Assembly: GCA_946414595.1 (NCBI GenBank)
Contig: CAMKPE010000005.1
Location: 704-64,703 of the forward strand
Direction of reading: 5' to 3'
DNA length: 64,000 nucleotides
DNA from: an uncultured Clostridium sp.
Lineage (GTDB): Bacteria > Bacillota_I > Bacilli_A > RF39 > UBA660
In this document: positions 35,951 through 44,620 of the stretch, in pieces
Layout of the letters: every line of letters starts with the position of its first letter
Position numbering within the stretch: position 1 is the first letter of the stretch
Program-made: the position numbers and the translations under genes
Notes under the pieces: model-generated
Databases searched by the model: none
Told to the model about the DNA's origin: nothing
What the model saw: only the letters and a program-made list of their open reading frames with translations

Positions 35951-37090
35951 ATGAAAGCATTAAAACATACAGATAAAGTATTATTAATTGTCAGTATCTT
36001 ACTTTTTTCTATTGGTTTAATTATGATATTTTCAGCATCTAATATAGCTGCATTTATGAGATATCATAAGACACCATATAACTTTTTATTAAGGCAGGGT
36101 GGAAGTTTATTAGTAGGACTAATATTTGTATTTTTACCTATAATACATTTAAATACTAAAACTATTAGTGCACTCTCGTGGTTTGCTTTAGTAATTAGTT
36201 TTATTTTATTGTTATTTGTATATTTCTTTGGGCCAATTATAAATGATGCCCGAAGTTGGATAAGTATAGGGCCAGTATCATTTCAACCAAGTGAGCTTGT
36301 TAAAGTTGTTATGATTGTGTGGTATGCGGCGTATTTTGAGCTGCGAAGGAAAAAACTGAATGACTTGAAAACAAGTTTATTCCCGTTAATTATTTCACTC
36401 GTTTTTGCAGCTGCAATAGTATTACAACCAGACTTTGGAACAGCAGGAATAATAGTATTAATATCATTTATGCTATATTTCTTAATGCCAGTTAATACAA
36501 TGCAAAAACTAAAAGTAATTGGTGGGTTTGGAGCAGTATTATTAATTGTAATAATGGGTTATTACATATTTAATACATCATCATTACAAAGACAAATATC
36601 AAGATTTGACTATAGATATCCATGTAGTGAAGAAAAGTTTTATACTACAGGAAACCAAGTATGTAACTCCTATATAGCATTCAATAATGGAGGAATGTTT
36701 GGAAAAGGACTAGGTAATAGTACTCAAAAGTATTTGTATTTACCTGAATCACATACTGACTTTATATTTGCAATAGTAGTAGAAGAATTAGGATTCTTAC
36801 AATCTGCTGGAATAATTCTATTATTTGGAATATTATTGTGGCGCATTATAAAGATTGGAAAAGAAAGTACAAGTAGTAGGGGATCTATAATGTGTTATGG
36901 AGTAGCCATATACATATTCTTACATACTGTAATTAACTTGTTAGGTATAATGGGTGTCTTACCACTTACTGGAGTACCACTTCCATTCTTATCTTATGGT
37001 GGTACATTTACTCTATGTATTATTGGAGCACTTTCAGTTGTACAAAGAGTAGCAATAGAAACTAAAGAAAAAAAGTTAGGAAATTCCTAA
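35951..37090 (+). CDS. SEDS-family peptidoglycan glycosyltransferase (FtsW/RodA/SpoVE)
   Basis: Ten-TM topology with the SWISIGPVSFQPSELVK, PDFGTA, PESHTDFIFA and LPLTGVPLPFLSYGG motifs. Confidence 0.85.
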   Translation: MKALKHTDKVLLIVSILLFSIGLIMIFSASNIAAFMRYHKTPYNFLLRQGGSLLVGLIFVFLPIIHLNTKTISALSWFALVISFILLLFVYFFGPIINDARSWISIGPVSFQPSELVKVVMIVWYAAYFELRRKKLNDLKTSLFPLIISLVFAAAIVLQPDFGTAGIIVLISFMLYFLMPVNTMQKLKVIGGFGAVLLIVIMGYYIFNTSSLQRQISRFDYRYPCSEEKFYTTGNQVCNSYIAFNNGGMFGKGLGNSTQKYLYLPESHTDFIFAIVVEELGFLQSAGIILLFGILLWRIIKIGKESTSSRGSIMCYGVAIYIFLHTVINLLGIMGVLPLTGVPLPFLSYGGTFTLCIIGALSVVQRVAIETKEKKLGNS

Positions 37091-37125
37091 CGAATGAGTA
37101 ATAATCTCCTTAGGGAGGTTTTTTT

Positions 37126-37710
37126 ATGAAAAAATATTTAGATATAATCTACTTTAATAGAAAGGAAATAATAATAGTAATAATTATGTTATTTGGATTT
37201 TTCTCTTTCAATTATTTTAATAAGAATGATTCATATATAGTAGAAAGTGAAATAGAAGAAAAGAAAGATATTAAAGAATCAATTGTTATTGATATTAAAG
37301 GAGAAGTTAATAATCCGGGAAGTTATGAAATAGAAAGCGATAAAAGAATTAAAGATGCTATTACTAAAGCTGGTGGACTAACTAATGATGCTGACACTGA
37401 AAGTATAAATTTAAGTGAAAAATTACAAGATGAAATGTTAATAGTAATTCCTAAAAAAGAAGAAATAAAAGAAAATAATACTAATACTGAAATAAAAACA
37501 ACAGCAGAAGTTAAAGATAACAAAATATCTATTAATACAGCAACTAAACAAGAATTAATGAAAATAAGTGGTATAGGAGAATCAAAAGCTCAAAGTATTA
37601 TTGACTATAGAAATCAAAATGGTAGATTTAACAAATTAGAAGAATTAACAAATGTATCAGGAATAGGTAAGAAAACATTTGAGAAAATTAAAAATTCTAT
37701 TAAACTCTAA
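37126..37710 (+). CDS. comEA: Competence protein ComEA (SLBB plus helix-hairpin-helix DNA receptor)
   Basis: N-terminal TM helix, IDIKGEVNNPGSYEI (SLBB), and C-terminal INTATKQELMKISGIGESKAQSIIDYR...LTNVSGIGKKTFEKIK (HhH x2). Confidence 0.85.
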   Translation: MKKYLDIIYFNRKEIIIVIIMLFGFFSFNYFNKNDSYIVESEIEEKKDIKESIVIDIKGEVNNPGSYEIESDKRIKDAITKAGGLTNDADTESINLSEKLQDEMLIVIPKKEEIKENNTNTEIKTTAEVKDNKISINTATKQELMKISGIGESKAQSIIDYRNQNGRFNKLEELTNVSGIGKKTFEKIKNSIKL

Positions 37711-39667
37711 TATATTTCTTGTCTTTCTTCTTTTTCTATCATTATTTAGAATTACTTTTATTAAAACCAAAAGCGATATAAAAGAGTCTAATCAATATAC
37801 ATGTGTTATAACCTCAATAAATGCCTCTAAAATGCTTTTAAATTGTAGTGAATATATTGAATCAAATATTATAGAAAAAGTCGAAATAGGGGATGTATTA
37901 TCGCTTTATGGAGAGTTAGAAGAATATACACCAAATACTAACTTTAATTTGTTTAATTACAGAGCTTATCAAAATATAAGAGGAATATTTTATAAGATAA
38001 ATATAAAAGAATATAAATTAATAAATAAAAGTAATAATATTGTTTTAAATATTAAGAAATTTATAAAGAATAGAATATCAAATCTTAAAAGTAGAGATTA
38101 TTTAGAATCATTTATTCTAGGAGATAAGTCATATATATCAAAAGATATTAAAAATACTTATACTTATCTAGGTATAATACATATCTTTTCTATATCAGGA
38201 ATGCACATATCTATTCTTGTAGAATTAATAAATAAAATTAATAAAAAAAATAATATAAGAAAAAGTATATGTACATATTTATTACTATTCTTATATTATT
38301 TATTAATTGAAAGCATATCATTATTAAGAACAATTGTATTTATTATCGTTAAAGATATAAATAAATATTTTAATTTGAATATATCAAAGTATCGAATAAT
38401 ATCTATATCTATTTTATTAATACTTATATTAAGACCATATACTATATATGAGATAGGATTTTATTATTCATCGATAATAAGTATAGGAATATATTTAAGT
38501 ACCAAAAGATTAAACAAGATAAATAATAAAGTATTAAAAACAATATACATATCATTTATTGCATTCCTTCTATCTCTTCCATTAAACATATATTCTTATT
38601 ATGAAATAAATCTCTTAGCAGTCTTATATAACATTATTCTAGTTCCTATAATTTCTTTATTAATATTTCCTTTATCATTAATAACTTTTATCTTTCCTAT
38701 ATTTGATGATATCTTATTATTTTTATTAAATTTATTTAATAATATTGCAGATATCTTTTCAATGATAGACACAAGTATTATATTGAAAAAACCAAGCATA
38801 CTTATAATAATTATTTACTACATAATCATCATAATTGTATTAACAAAACCAAAAACATTTTATTTATTAATAATTACTTTATTAATACACAAAAATATTA
38901 ATTATATTATCCCAAGTACATATGTAATATTTTTAGATGTAGGACAGGGGGATTCTATCTTAATACATGATAGAGACTATAATATATTAATAGATACTGG
39001 AGGAAAAGTTAATAGTGAATATGAAATAACAAGTAATATTACAACAAAAGTATTAAAGTCATTTGGAATTGAAAAGTTAGATTATCTAATCCTAACTCAT
39101 GGAGACTACGATCATATGGGAGAAGCAGTTAATCTAGTTAATGAATATAAAGTAGATAAAGTAATACTTAACTGCGGAGAATTAAATGAATTAGAAGAAG
39201 AATTAATTAAAACACTTAATGAAAAGCAAATAACTTATTACTCGTGTATTAAAGAACTTAAAATAAATAATAATTTATTACACTTTTTAAATACAAGAGA
39301 ATACGATAATGAAAATGATAATAGCAGTGTTATCTATACAAATCTTTATGGAGTTAAATTGTTGTTTATGGCAGATGCAGAAAAAGAAAAGGAATTAGAT
39401 ATAATAGAAAAATACAACATAAATGATGTAGATATTTTAAAAGTAGGACATCATGGGTCTAAAACAAGTAGTAACAAAGAGTTTATAGATGAAATAAAAC
39501 CAAAGTATTCAATTATAAGTGTAGGAAAGAATAATAGATATGGACATCCAAATAAAGAAGTACTAGATAACTTGAAAGAATCAATAATATATAGAACAGA
39601 TCAAGATGGAAGTATTATGCTTAATATAAAAAATAACAAGTTAATTATTGATGTATGTTATAATTGA
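37679..39667 (+). CDS. comEC: DNA internalization competence protein ComEC/Rec2
   Basis: Polytopic competence domain (GIIHIFSISGMHISIL) plus a C-terminal metallo-beta-lactamase domain (FLDVGQGDSILI, LTHGDYDHMG, VGHHGS, NRYGHP). The exact start is uncertain. Confidence 0.85.
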   Translation: MRKLKILLNSNIFLVFLLFLSLFRITFIKTKSDIKESNQYTCVITSINASKMLLNCSEYIESNIIEKVEIGDVLSLYGELEEYTPNTNFNLFNYRAYQNIRGIFYKINIKEYKLINKSNNIVLNIKKFIKNRISNLKSRDYLESFILGDKSYISKDIKNTYTYLGIIHIFSISGMHISILVELINKINKKNNIRKSICTYLLLFLYYLLIESISLLRTIVFIIVKDINKYFNLNISKYRIISISILLILILRPYTIYEIGFYYSSIISIGIYLSTKRLNKINNKVLKTIYISFIAFLLSLPLNIYSYYEINLLAVLYNIILVPIISLLIFPLSLITFIFPIFDDILLFLLNLFNNIADIFSMIDTSIILKKPSILIIIIYYIIIIIVLTKPKTFYLLIITLLIHKNINYIIPSTYVIFLDVGQGDSILIHDRDYNILIDTGGKVNSEYEITSNITTKVLKSFGIEKLDYLILTHGDYDHMGEAVNLVNEYKVDKVILNCGELNELEEELIKTLNEKQITYYSCIKELKINNNLLHFLNTREYDNENDNSSVIYTNLYGVKLLFMADAEKEKELDIIEKYNINDVDILKVGHHGSKTSSNKEFIDEIKPKYSIISVGKNNRYGHPNKEVLDNLKESIIYRTDQDGSIMLNIKNNKLIIDVCYN

Positions 39668-39695
39668 TATATACGATATAAGAGGTGAAATATTG

Positions 39696-40238
39696 ATGGA
39701 AATAATAAATATAGATCTACAAGAAAAAAGTTTAGAAGAATGCGCAAGTGTTGTAAGCAAGTGTAAGGAAATATTATTTGAAAACTTAGAGGTTAATGGT
39801 GGTACTTTAAAGCAAGCTGATATATTTGAAGAAGGATTAAGATGGACTAATTTAATTATTGCAGTTGATGGTGATAAAATAGTTGGTTTTATGCTTGTAA
39901 GAGATAGCACTAATACACACGATTTAGGTGGCAATACTGAACGCTATTATTACATTTCTGAAATTGCTGTATCATCTAAGTGTAAAAGGCAAGGAGTAGG
40001 TACTTCCTTACTTGAAAACGCAGTAGCATCCAAAGGAGAATTACCTCTTGTAGCAAGTGTCTTAAGCGACAACGCTCCATCAATCGGACTTCTATCAAAA
40101 TTTATGACTCGTTATAGTTCAAGTAGAACTGGAAAATATCAAAGATTTGTAGATAAAGAATCTTATAAAAAGATATACGGAGAAAAAGAAGAAACTCAAG
40201 ATAAAGATAGTGATGGATATCCATCAATGGGATTCTAA
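39696..40238 (+). CDS. GNAT-family N-acetyltransferase
   Basis: Motif A YISEIAVSSKCKRQGVGTSLLENAV. AGAGGTG SD precedes ATG 39696. Confidence 0.75.
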   Translation: MEIINIDLQEKSLEECASVVSKCKEILFENLEVNGGTLKQADIFEEGLRWTNLIIAVDGDKIVGFMLVRDSTNTHDLGGNTERYYYISEIAVSSKCKRQGVGTSLLENAVASKGELPLVASVLSDNAPSIGLLSKFMTRYSSSRTGKYQRFVDKESYKKIYGEKEETQDKDSDGYPSMGF

Positions 40239-40258
40239 AAAGAAAAGTGGTGTTATAA

Positions 40259-41293
40259 ATGATTAAGTATGAAAAAGAAGAAACAGAATACTCATATGAT
40301 AAAAGTAAAGTAGATAAAATTATTGAAATGTTAAATGAAGGAAACTTTCGTCAATTTGAAGATTGTACTCAAGAAAAAGTTTCAAGTCTATTGGACACAA
40401 TAAATGATTTTATATCAAGCTTTATTCCCCAAAAAAGAGTAGTGGAAGATGAACGACATGAAACAGAAGATGAAGCAAGAGCATACTTTGGAGAAGAATT
40501 TATCAAAAAGTTTGATGCTCTTCTAACAATGCTAGATAGACAAAAATCTATCCTAGCAATTCATGGAACATTCCCGTTTCACTTGCAATCTATTTGTGAT
40601 AATGGATTGCAATATAAATTTCCTTCGCTTTCAGCAACAGCAGTTCAACAAAGAATGAACTATGGTGATGGTGATATGCATTATGAACACTATGAAGGAT
40701 TATTAAACTGGCAACATCACCAACATAAAGGACTTGTTTTAATAGATATACCATATGAATGCTTTTATAAAGAAGGATTATGGGAACATTATCAAGAAAC
40801 AAACAGTGGTTATGGACAAGACTATAGAATTAATCCTGATTTCATAGTAGGGTATATAGACGTTGAAAAGAAGGAAATAGTATTAAATCCTAAATATAAA
40901 AGAGATCATGATTATTCTAATTTAGAACATGACAGTGAAATATATCATCCAGAAGAAGATATGGATAATGAAAAACTTCAAAGATTAATGGCTGAAGATA
41001 GAAAAAAGGAAGATGATCTAGAACTGCCAAAACAAGCAAAATCACAATATGTTCCTGACCCAAAGATGATTCCATACATTCTAGAACACTTCTTGGGATA
41101 CTTTGCAACACTTAAGAATAATCAAACAGATACATTAGATGAAGAAAGATATAAATGGTTCTTAGAACAGTTACATAATATTATTGATGATATCAAGACA
41201 GTTCTTCCATCTTTGTTAACAGATGAACAAGTAAAAGAAAAACAAGCATCTTTCGTATCAGTATTTGATAATCCAAGTGGACCAACTTTTTAA
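40259..41293 (+). CDS. Hypothetical 344-aa soluble protein (His/Tyr/Glu-rich, contains an HGTF motif)
   Basis: A long ORF 20 nt after the GNAT gene. I recognise no family. Confidence 0.5.
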   Translation: MIKYEKEETEYSYDKSKVDKIIEMLNEGNFRQFEDCTQEKVSSLLDTINDFISSFIPQKRVVEDERHETEDEARAYFGEEFIKKFDALLTMLDRQKSILAIHGTFPFHLQSICDNGLQYKFPSLSATAVQQRMNYGDGDMHYEHYEGLLNWQHHQHKGLVLIDIPYECFYKEGLWEHYQETNSGYGQDYRINPDFIVGYIDVEKKEIVLNPKYKRDHDYSNLEHDSEIYHPEEDMDNEKLQRLMAEDRKKEDDLELPKQAKSQYVPDPKMIPYILEHFLGYFATLKNNQTDTLDEERYKWFLEQLHNIIDDIKTVLPSLLTDEQVKEKQASFVSVFDNPSGPTF

Positions 41294-41364
41294 AAAATGT
41301 AACATATTTAAAATAATAGACATAATATATAATAGGCATTCTGTAAAGGATGTTTACATAGATT

Positions 41365-41386
41365 AAGAGTGGGCCCACTCTTTTTA
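41365..41386 (+). terminator. Rho-independent terminator
   Basis: aagagtg-ggcc-cactctt followed by a T-run. Confidence 0.8.
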
Positions 41387-41448
41387 TTTTACTTTTATAA
41401 GGAATAATGCTATAATCAATGTAATGCAAAAGAAGGTGTTATACGAAA

Positions 41449-41964
41449 GTGTTTTATGATTTTACAATAGATAATGATAGAGAATACAAGAAAATTGTTG
41501 AAGATATATTAGACCATGAGGAATTCCAAAAGACAAAAGACATTAACCATCATGGTTTGAATAGATATGATCACTCAATTAGAGTTTCATACTGTTCATA
41601 CAAAATAGCTAAATTTTTACATATAGGATATGAAGAAACAGCAAGAGCAGGACTATTACATGACTTCTTCTTAGTAAATAACAAAGAGATGTCAGCAAAA
41701 GAAAAGATGACTACATTAGTAACTCATCCTAAGTATGCTAAAGCATATTCTGAAAAATATTTTGACTTAACTGAAAAAGAAAAAGATATTATAGTATCTC
41801 ATATGTTTCCACTTGCTCCAACTAGAGTGCCAAAATATGCTGAAAGTTGGATAGTTAATCTAGTTGATGATTACATCACAATTAGAGAACAATTACATGT
41901 TAAAAGAAAACAAATATATAGATTTGCCAACTTTGTATTCGCATTAATACTATCAATTGATTAA
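41449..41964 (+). CDS. HD-domain phosphohydrolase
   Basis: HHGLNRYDHSIRVS ... AGLLHDFF (H...HD...D pattern). GTG start after AAGGTG. Confidence 0.75.
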   Translation: MFYDFTIDNDREYKKIVEDILDHEEFQKTKDINHHGLNRYDHSIRVSYCSYKIAKFLHIGYEETARAGLLHDFFLVNNKEMSAKEKMTTLVTHPKYAKAYSEKYFDLTEKEKDIIVSHMFPLAPTRVPKYAESWIVNLVDDYITIREQLHVKRKQIYRFANFVFALILSID

Positions 41965-41971
41965 AAAAAAG

Positions 41972-41997
41972 AAAACTGGTTATAAAACCAGTTTTTT
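41972..41997. terminator. Bidirectional terminator (HD gene and convergent tRNA)
   Basis: Stem aaaactggt/accagtttt, flanked by A8 and T6. Confidence 0.85.
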
Positions 41998-42003
41998 ATT
42001 TAG

Positions 42004-42079
42004 TGGTGTCCCCGGTAGGACTCGAACCCACATCTATCCCTTAGGAGGGGATTGCTCTATCCTGCTGAGCTACGAGAAC
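42004..42079 (-). tRNA. tRNA-Arg (anticodon CCU), CCA encoded
   Basis: The minus-strand sequence GTTCTCGTAGCTCAGCAGGATAGAGCAATCCCCTCCTAAGGGATAGATGTGGGTTCGAGTCCTACCGGGGACACCA folds as a cloverleaf. The acceptor stem is GTTCTCG/CGGGGAC, the anticodon stem ATCCC/GGGAT with loop CT-CCT-AA, and the T loop TTCGAGT. Confidence 0.9.
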
Positions 42080-42088
42080 AACAAAGAT

Positions 42089-42117
42089 ATTATAACATAA
42101 ATATTTACTTTAATTAA
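42089..42117 (-). promoter_or_regulatory. Putative promoter of tRNA-Arg
   Basis: The minus strand reads TGtTATAAT (-10 = plus-strand 42089-42094), 9 nt upstream of the mature 5' end. The -35 is weak (ttaatt). Confidence 0.4.
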
Positions 42118-42154
42118 ATAATTTGGTATATTTTTCTAGTAAAAGAGGTAGTCT

Positions 42155-43309
42155 ATGAAAGTATATGCAGTACCAATAAAAGTTGGGTTAGTAATATTCC
42201 CAATTATAGCACTTTTATTAACAATTCCTTATATGATAAGGCAATATCACAAGTATGGATCAATACCATTACTTAGAAGTGTTATAGTATATTCATTCGT
42301 ATTATATCTTTTAATTGCTTGGTTTATGGTAATACTTCCATTACCAAGTATTGAAGAAGTATCGAAGATGACAGGCCCTTGGGCCAATCTGGTGCCTTTT
42401 AGTTTCATAAAAGATATAATTGATGGAGTACATATAAGTTTATTTGATATTAAATCATGGCTAGCAGCATTTAAATCACCAGCAGTGTACACAGTCTTAT
42501 TTAACTTTGTACTAACGCTTCCTTTTGGAGTTTATCTAAGATATTACTTCAATAGAAAATGGTGGGAAGTTTTAACAATGTCATTCATGTTAAGTTTATT
42601 CTTCGAAGTAACACAGTTAAGTTGTTTATTTGGAATATATCCAAGACCATATAGATTATTTGATGTTGATGATTTAATTGTTAATACAACTGGTGGAATG
42701 CTAGGATACTTAATGACACCATTATTTAGTAAAGTATTACCAACAAGAGAAGAGTTAGATGCGAAAGCTTATACAAAGGGCGAGAGTGTATCAATGCCAA
42801 GAAGATTAATTGCAGACTTAATTGACTTTGTAATTGTATCAGTTCTTACATTCTTCTCAGTACTTTCTAAAGATTCACTTGATTTTTCAATACTAACATT
42901 AATCTATATAATGTACTTTATAATACTTACATCAATATTTGGAAAAACAATAGGTAAGTTTATTGTGGGAATTAAAGTAGTTAGCGAAGATGGTAAAAGA
43001 GCAATGCCTCATCAAATATTATTAAGATATGTAATAAAATATATATTATATTTTGAAATATTCTATGTAGTATTTGTAATGGATAACTTATCAAGTTTAG
43101 GAGACTTAGGGGACTTTATATCAATAATGCTTTTAGTAACATTAGCATTCATCTATATAAAAACAATAATAAATGCATTTAATAAGAAATCACCATTAGT
43201 ATACGAACAATTCAGTAAAACAAAACACATAAGCACAATAAAAAATAAATATAAAGAAAAACTTGAAGAAAAGAAAAAGGATAAAGAAAAAGAAAAGAAG
43301 GAAGAATAA
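42155..43309 (+). CDS. VanZ-like / RDD-domain fusion membrane protein
   Basis: The N-terminal half resembles VanZ (NLVPFSF...LTLPFGVYL...DVDDLIVNTTGGMLGY). The C-terminal half resembles RDD (RRLIADLIDFVIV...GKTIGKFIVGIKVV). Confidence 0.7.
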   Translation: MKVYAVPIKVGLVIFPIIALLLTIPYMIRQYHKYGSIPLLRSVIVYSFVLYLLIAWFMVILPLPSIEEVSKMTGPWANLVPFSFIKDIIDGVHISLFDIKSWLAAFKSPAVYTVLFNFVLTLPFGVYLRYYFNRKWWEVLTMSFMLSLFFEVTQLSCLFGIYPRPYRLFDVDDLIVNTTGGMLGYLMTPLFSKVLPTREELDAKAYTKGESVSMPRRLIADLIDFVIVSVLTFFSVLSKDSLDFSILTLIYIMYFIILTSIFGKTIGKFIVGIKVVSEDGKRAMPHQILLRYVIKYILYFEIFYVVFVMDNLSSLGDLGDFISIMLLVTLAFIYIKTIINAFNKKSPLVYEQFSKTKHISTIKNKYKEKLEEKKKDKEKEKKEE

Positions 43310-43321
43310 TCCTTCTTTTTT
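43297..43321 (+). terminator. Rho-independent terminator
   Basis: gaagga/tccttc stem with a 7-nt loop, followed by T6. Confidence 0.7.
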
Positions 43322-43391
43322 AGTGTAAACAAAAGACTAATTTATAGACTTATTATTATATTTTTGATACTATTTATAATAGAGGGAAGAT

Positions 43392-44357
43392 ATGAAAAAG
43401 AAAAATAGAAAATTATTAACTTTTTTATTTGTTGCCTTATTTTTATTAGGTTCTTTTTTTGTTGATAGAAGTATCTTCTTATCTTTAAAAGATACTTTAG
43501 TTAAACAAGGAGAAAAAGTATTAAAAAAGATAGATAAGGAATTAAATAAAGATAAAAAGAAGATAGAAAAAGTAAGCAATATTGAAATTAAAAATGGTTT
43601 AATGGTCTTTTTTATAGATGTTGGTCAAGCAGATGCCATATTAATTAAGTCACAAGATGAATACATGATAATTGATGCTGGTAATAATGCTGATGGTAAA
43701 AAGCTAGTTGAGTTCTATCAATCTTTAGGGATAAAAGAATTTAAATATGTTATTGGAACACATGCCCATGAAGATCATATAGGTGGAATGGACAATATAA
43801 TTAGAAACTTTAAAGTAAAGAATTTCTATATGCCAGATGAAACGACAACCACAACGACATTCTTATCGATACTTTATGAACTAGAAAAGAAAAATATTAA
43901 GTTCCAAACTCCAAAAGAAGGAACTAAATTGAAACTAGGAGATGCCAATGTAGATATATTATACGTTGGAGAAAGTAAAGAAGATTTAAATGATACTTCA
44001 ATAATAGTTAAAGTAACATATAAGAATACATCATTCTTGTTTACTGGAGATGCTACTCAAAATGAAGAAAGATTAATACTTGATAAAGACTTAAAAAGTA
44101 CAGTATTAAAGGTAGCCCATCATGGTTCTAGTTTTAGTACAAGTGCCAGCTTTTTAGCAAAAGTAAAGCCAGAATATGCAGTTATTTCTGTTGGAGCAAA
44201 TAACGATTATAGTCATCCACATGATGTTATCTTAAACAAATTAAAAAAGATTAATGCCAAAATATATAGAACAGATAAACTTGGCACAATCATCGCTTAT
44301 TCAAATGGAAAAGAAGTAACGTTTAAAAATATAAAAACGGATACTAATGGAGAGTAA
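43392..44357 (+). CDS. Secreted/anchored MBL-fold hydrolase (ComEC C-terminal-domain-like)
   Basis: Signal-anchor sequence, FFIDVGQADAILI, GTHAHEDHIGG, VAHHGS and NDYSHPH. Confidence 0.8.
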   Translation: MKKKNRKLLTFLFVALFLLGSFFVDRSIFLSLKDTLVKQGEKVLKKIDKELNKDKKKIEKVSNIEIKNGLMVFFIDVGQADAILIKSQDEYMIIDAGNNADGKKLVEFYQSLGIKEFKYVIGTHAHEDHIGGMDNIIRNFKVKNFYMPDETTTTTTFLSILYELEKKNIKFQTPKEGTKLKLGDANVDILYVGESKEDLNDTSIIVKVTYKNTSFLFTGDATQNEERLILDKDLKSTVLKVAHHGSSFSTSASFLAKVKPEYAVISVGANNDYSHPHDVILNKLKKINAKIYRTDKLGTIIAYSNGKEVTFKNIKTDTNGE

Positions 44358-44358
44358 T

Positions 44359-44592
44359 ATGGAAGAAAAATTAGAAAAATATGCAGTTGATAGAATAGAA
44401 GGACAGTTCGCAGTACTTGAAAACATTGAAACAAGAGAAATAAAACTTGTTGAATTATTACTTCTTCCTGTTGTTAAAGAAAAAGATATTTTAGTATATA
44501 AAGATGACTTATATATGATTGATGATGAAGAAAGAAGAAAAAGATTAAAAATAATCGAAGAAAAGTTAGCCAAATTAAAAAACTTGGAGTAA
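44359..44592 (+). CDS. DUF3006-like small protein
   Basis: YAVDRIEGQFAVLE opening and an acidic C-terminus. As I recall, this family typically follows MBL genes of this type. Confidence 0.6.
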   Translation: MEEKLEKYAVDRIEGQFAVLENIETREIKLVELLLLPVVKEKDILVYKDDLYMIDDEERRKRLKIIEEKLAKLKNLE

Positions 44593-44620
44593 AATAATAT
44601 AAGAATTAGAAGGTGTTTAT

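Noticed and set aside
37104-37125. Hairpin-like ctcc-ttag-ggag plus a T-run after the SEDS gene, considered as a terminator
   Set aside because: The stem is only 4-5 bp, and the GGGAGG is better explained as the comEA Shine-Dalgarno (ATG at 37126).
39696-42079. Possible genomic island next to tRNA-Arg (GNAT, orphan 344-aa and HD-domain genes)
   Set aside because: No integrase, excisionase or duplicated tRNA 3' segment was visible. Composition is not clearly different from the flanks.
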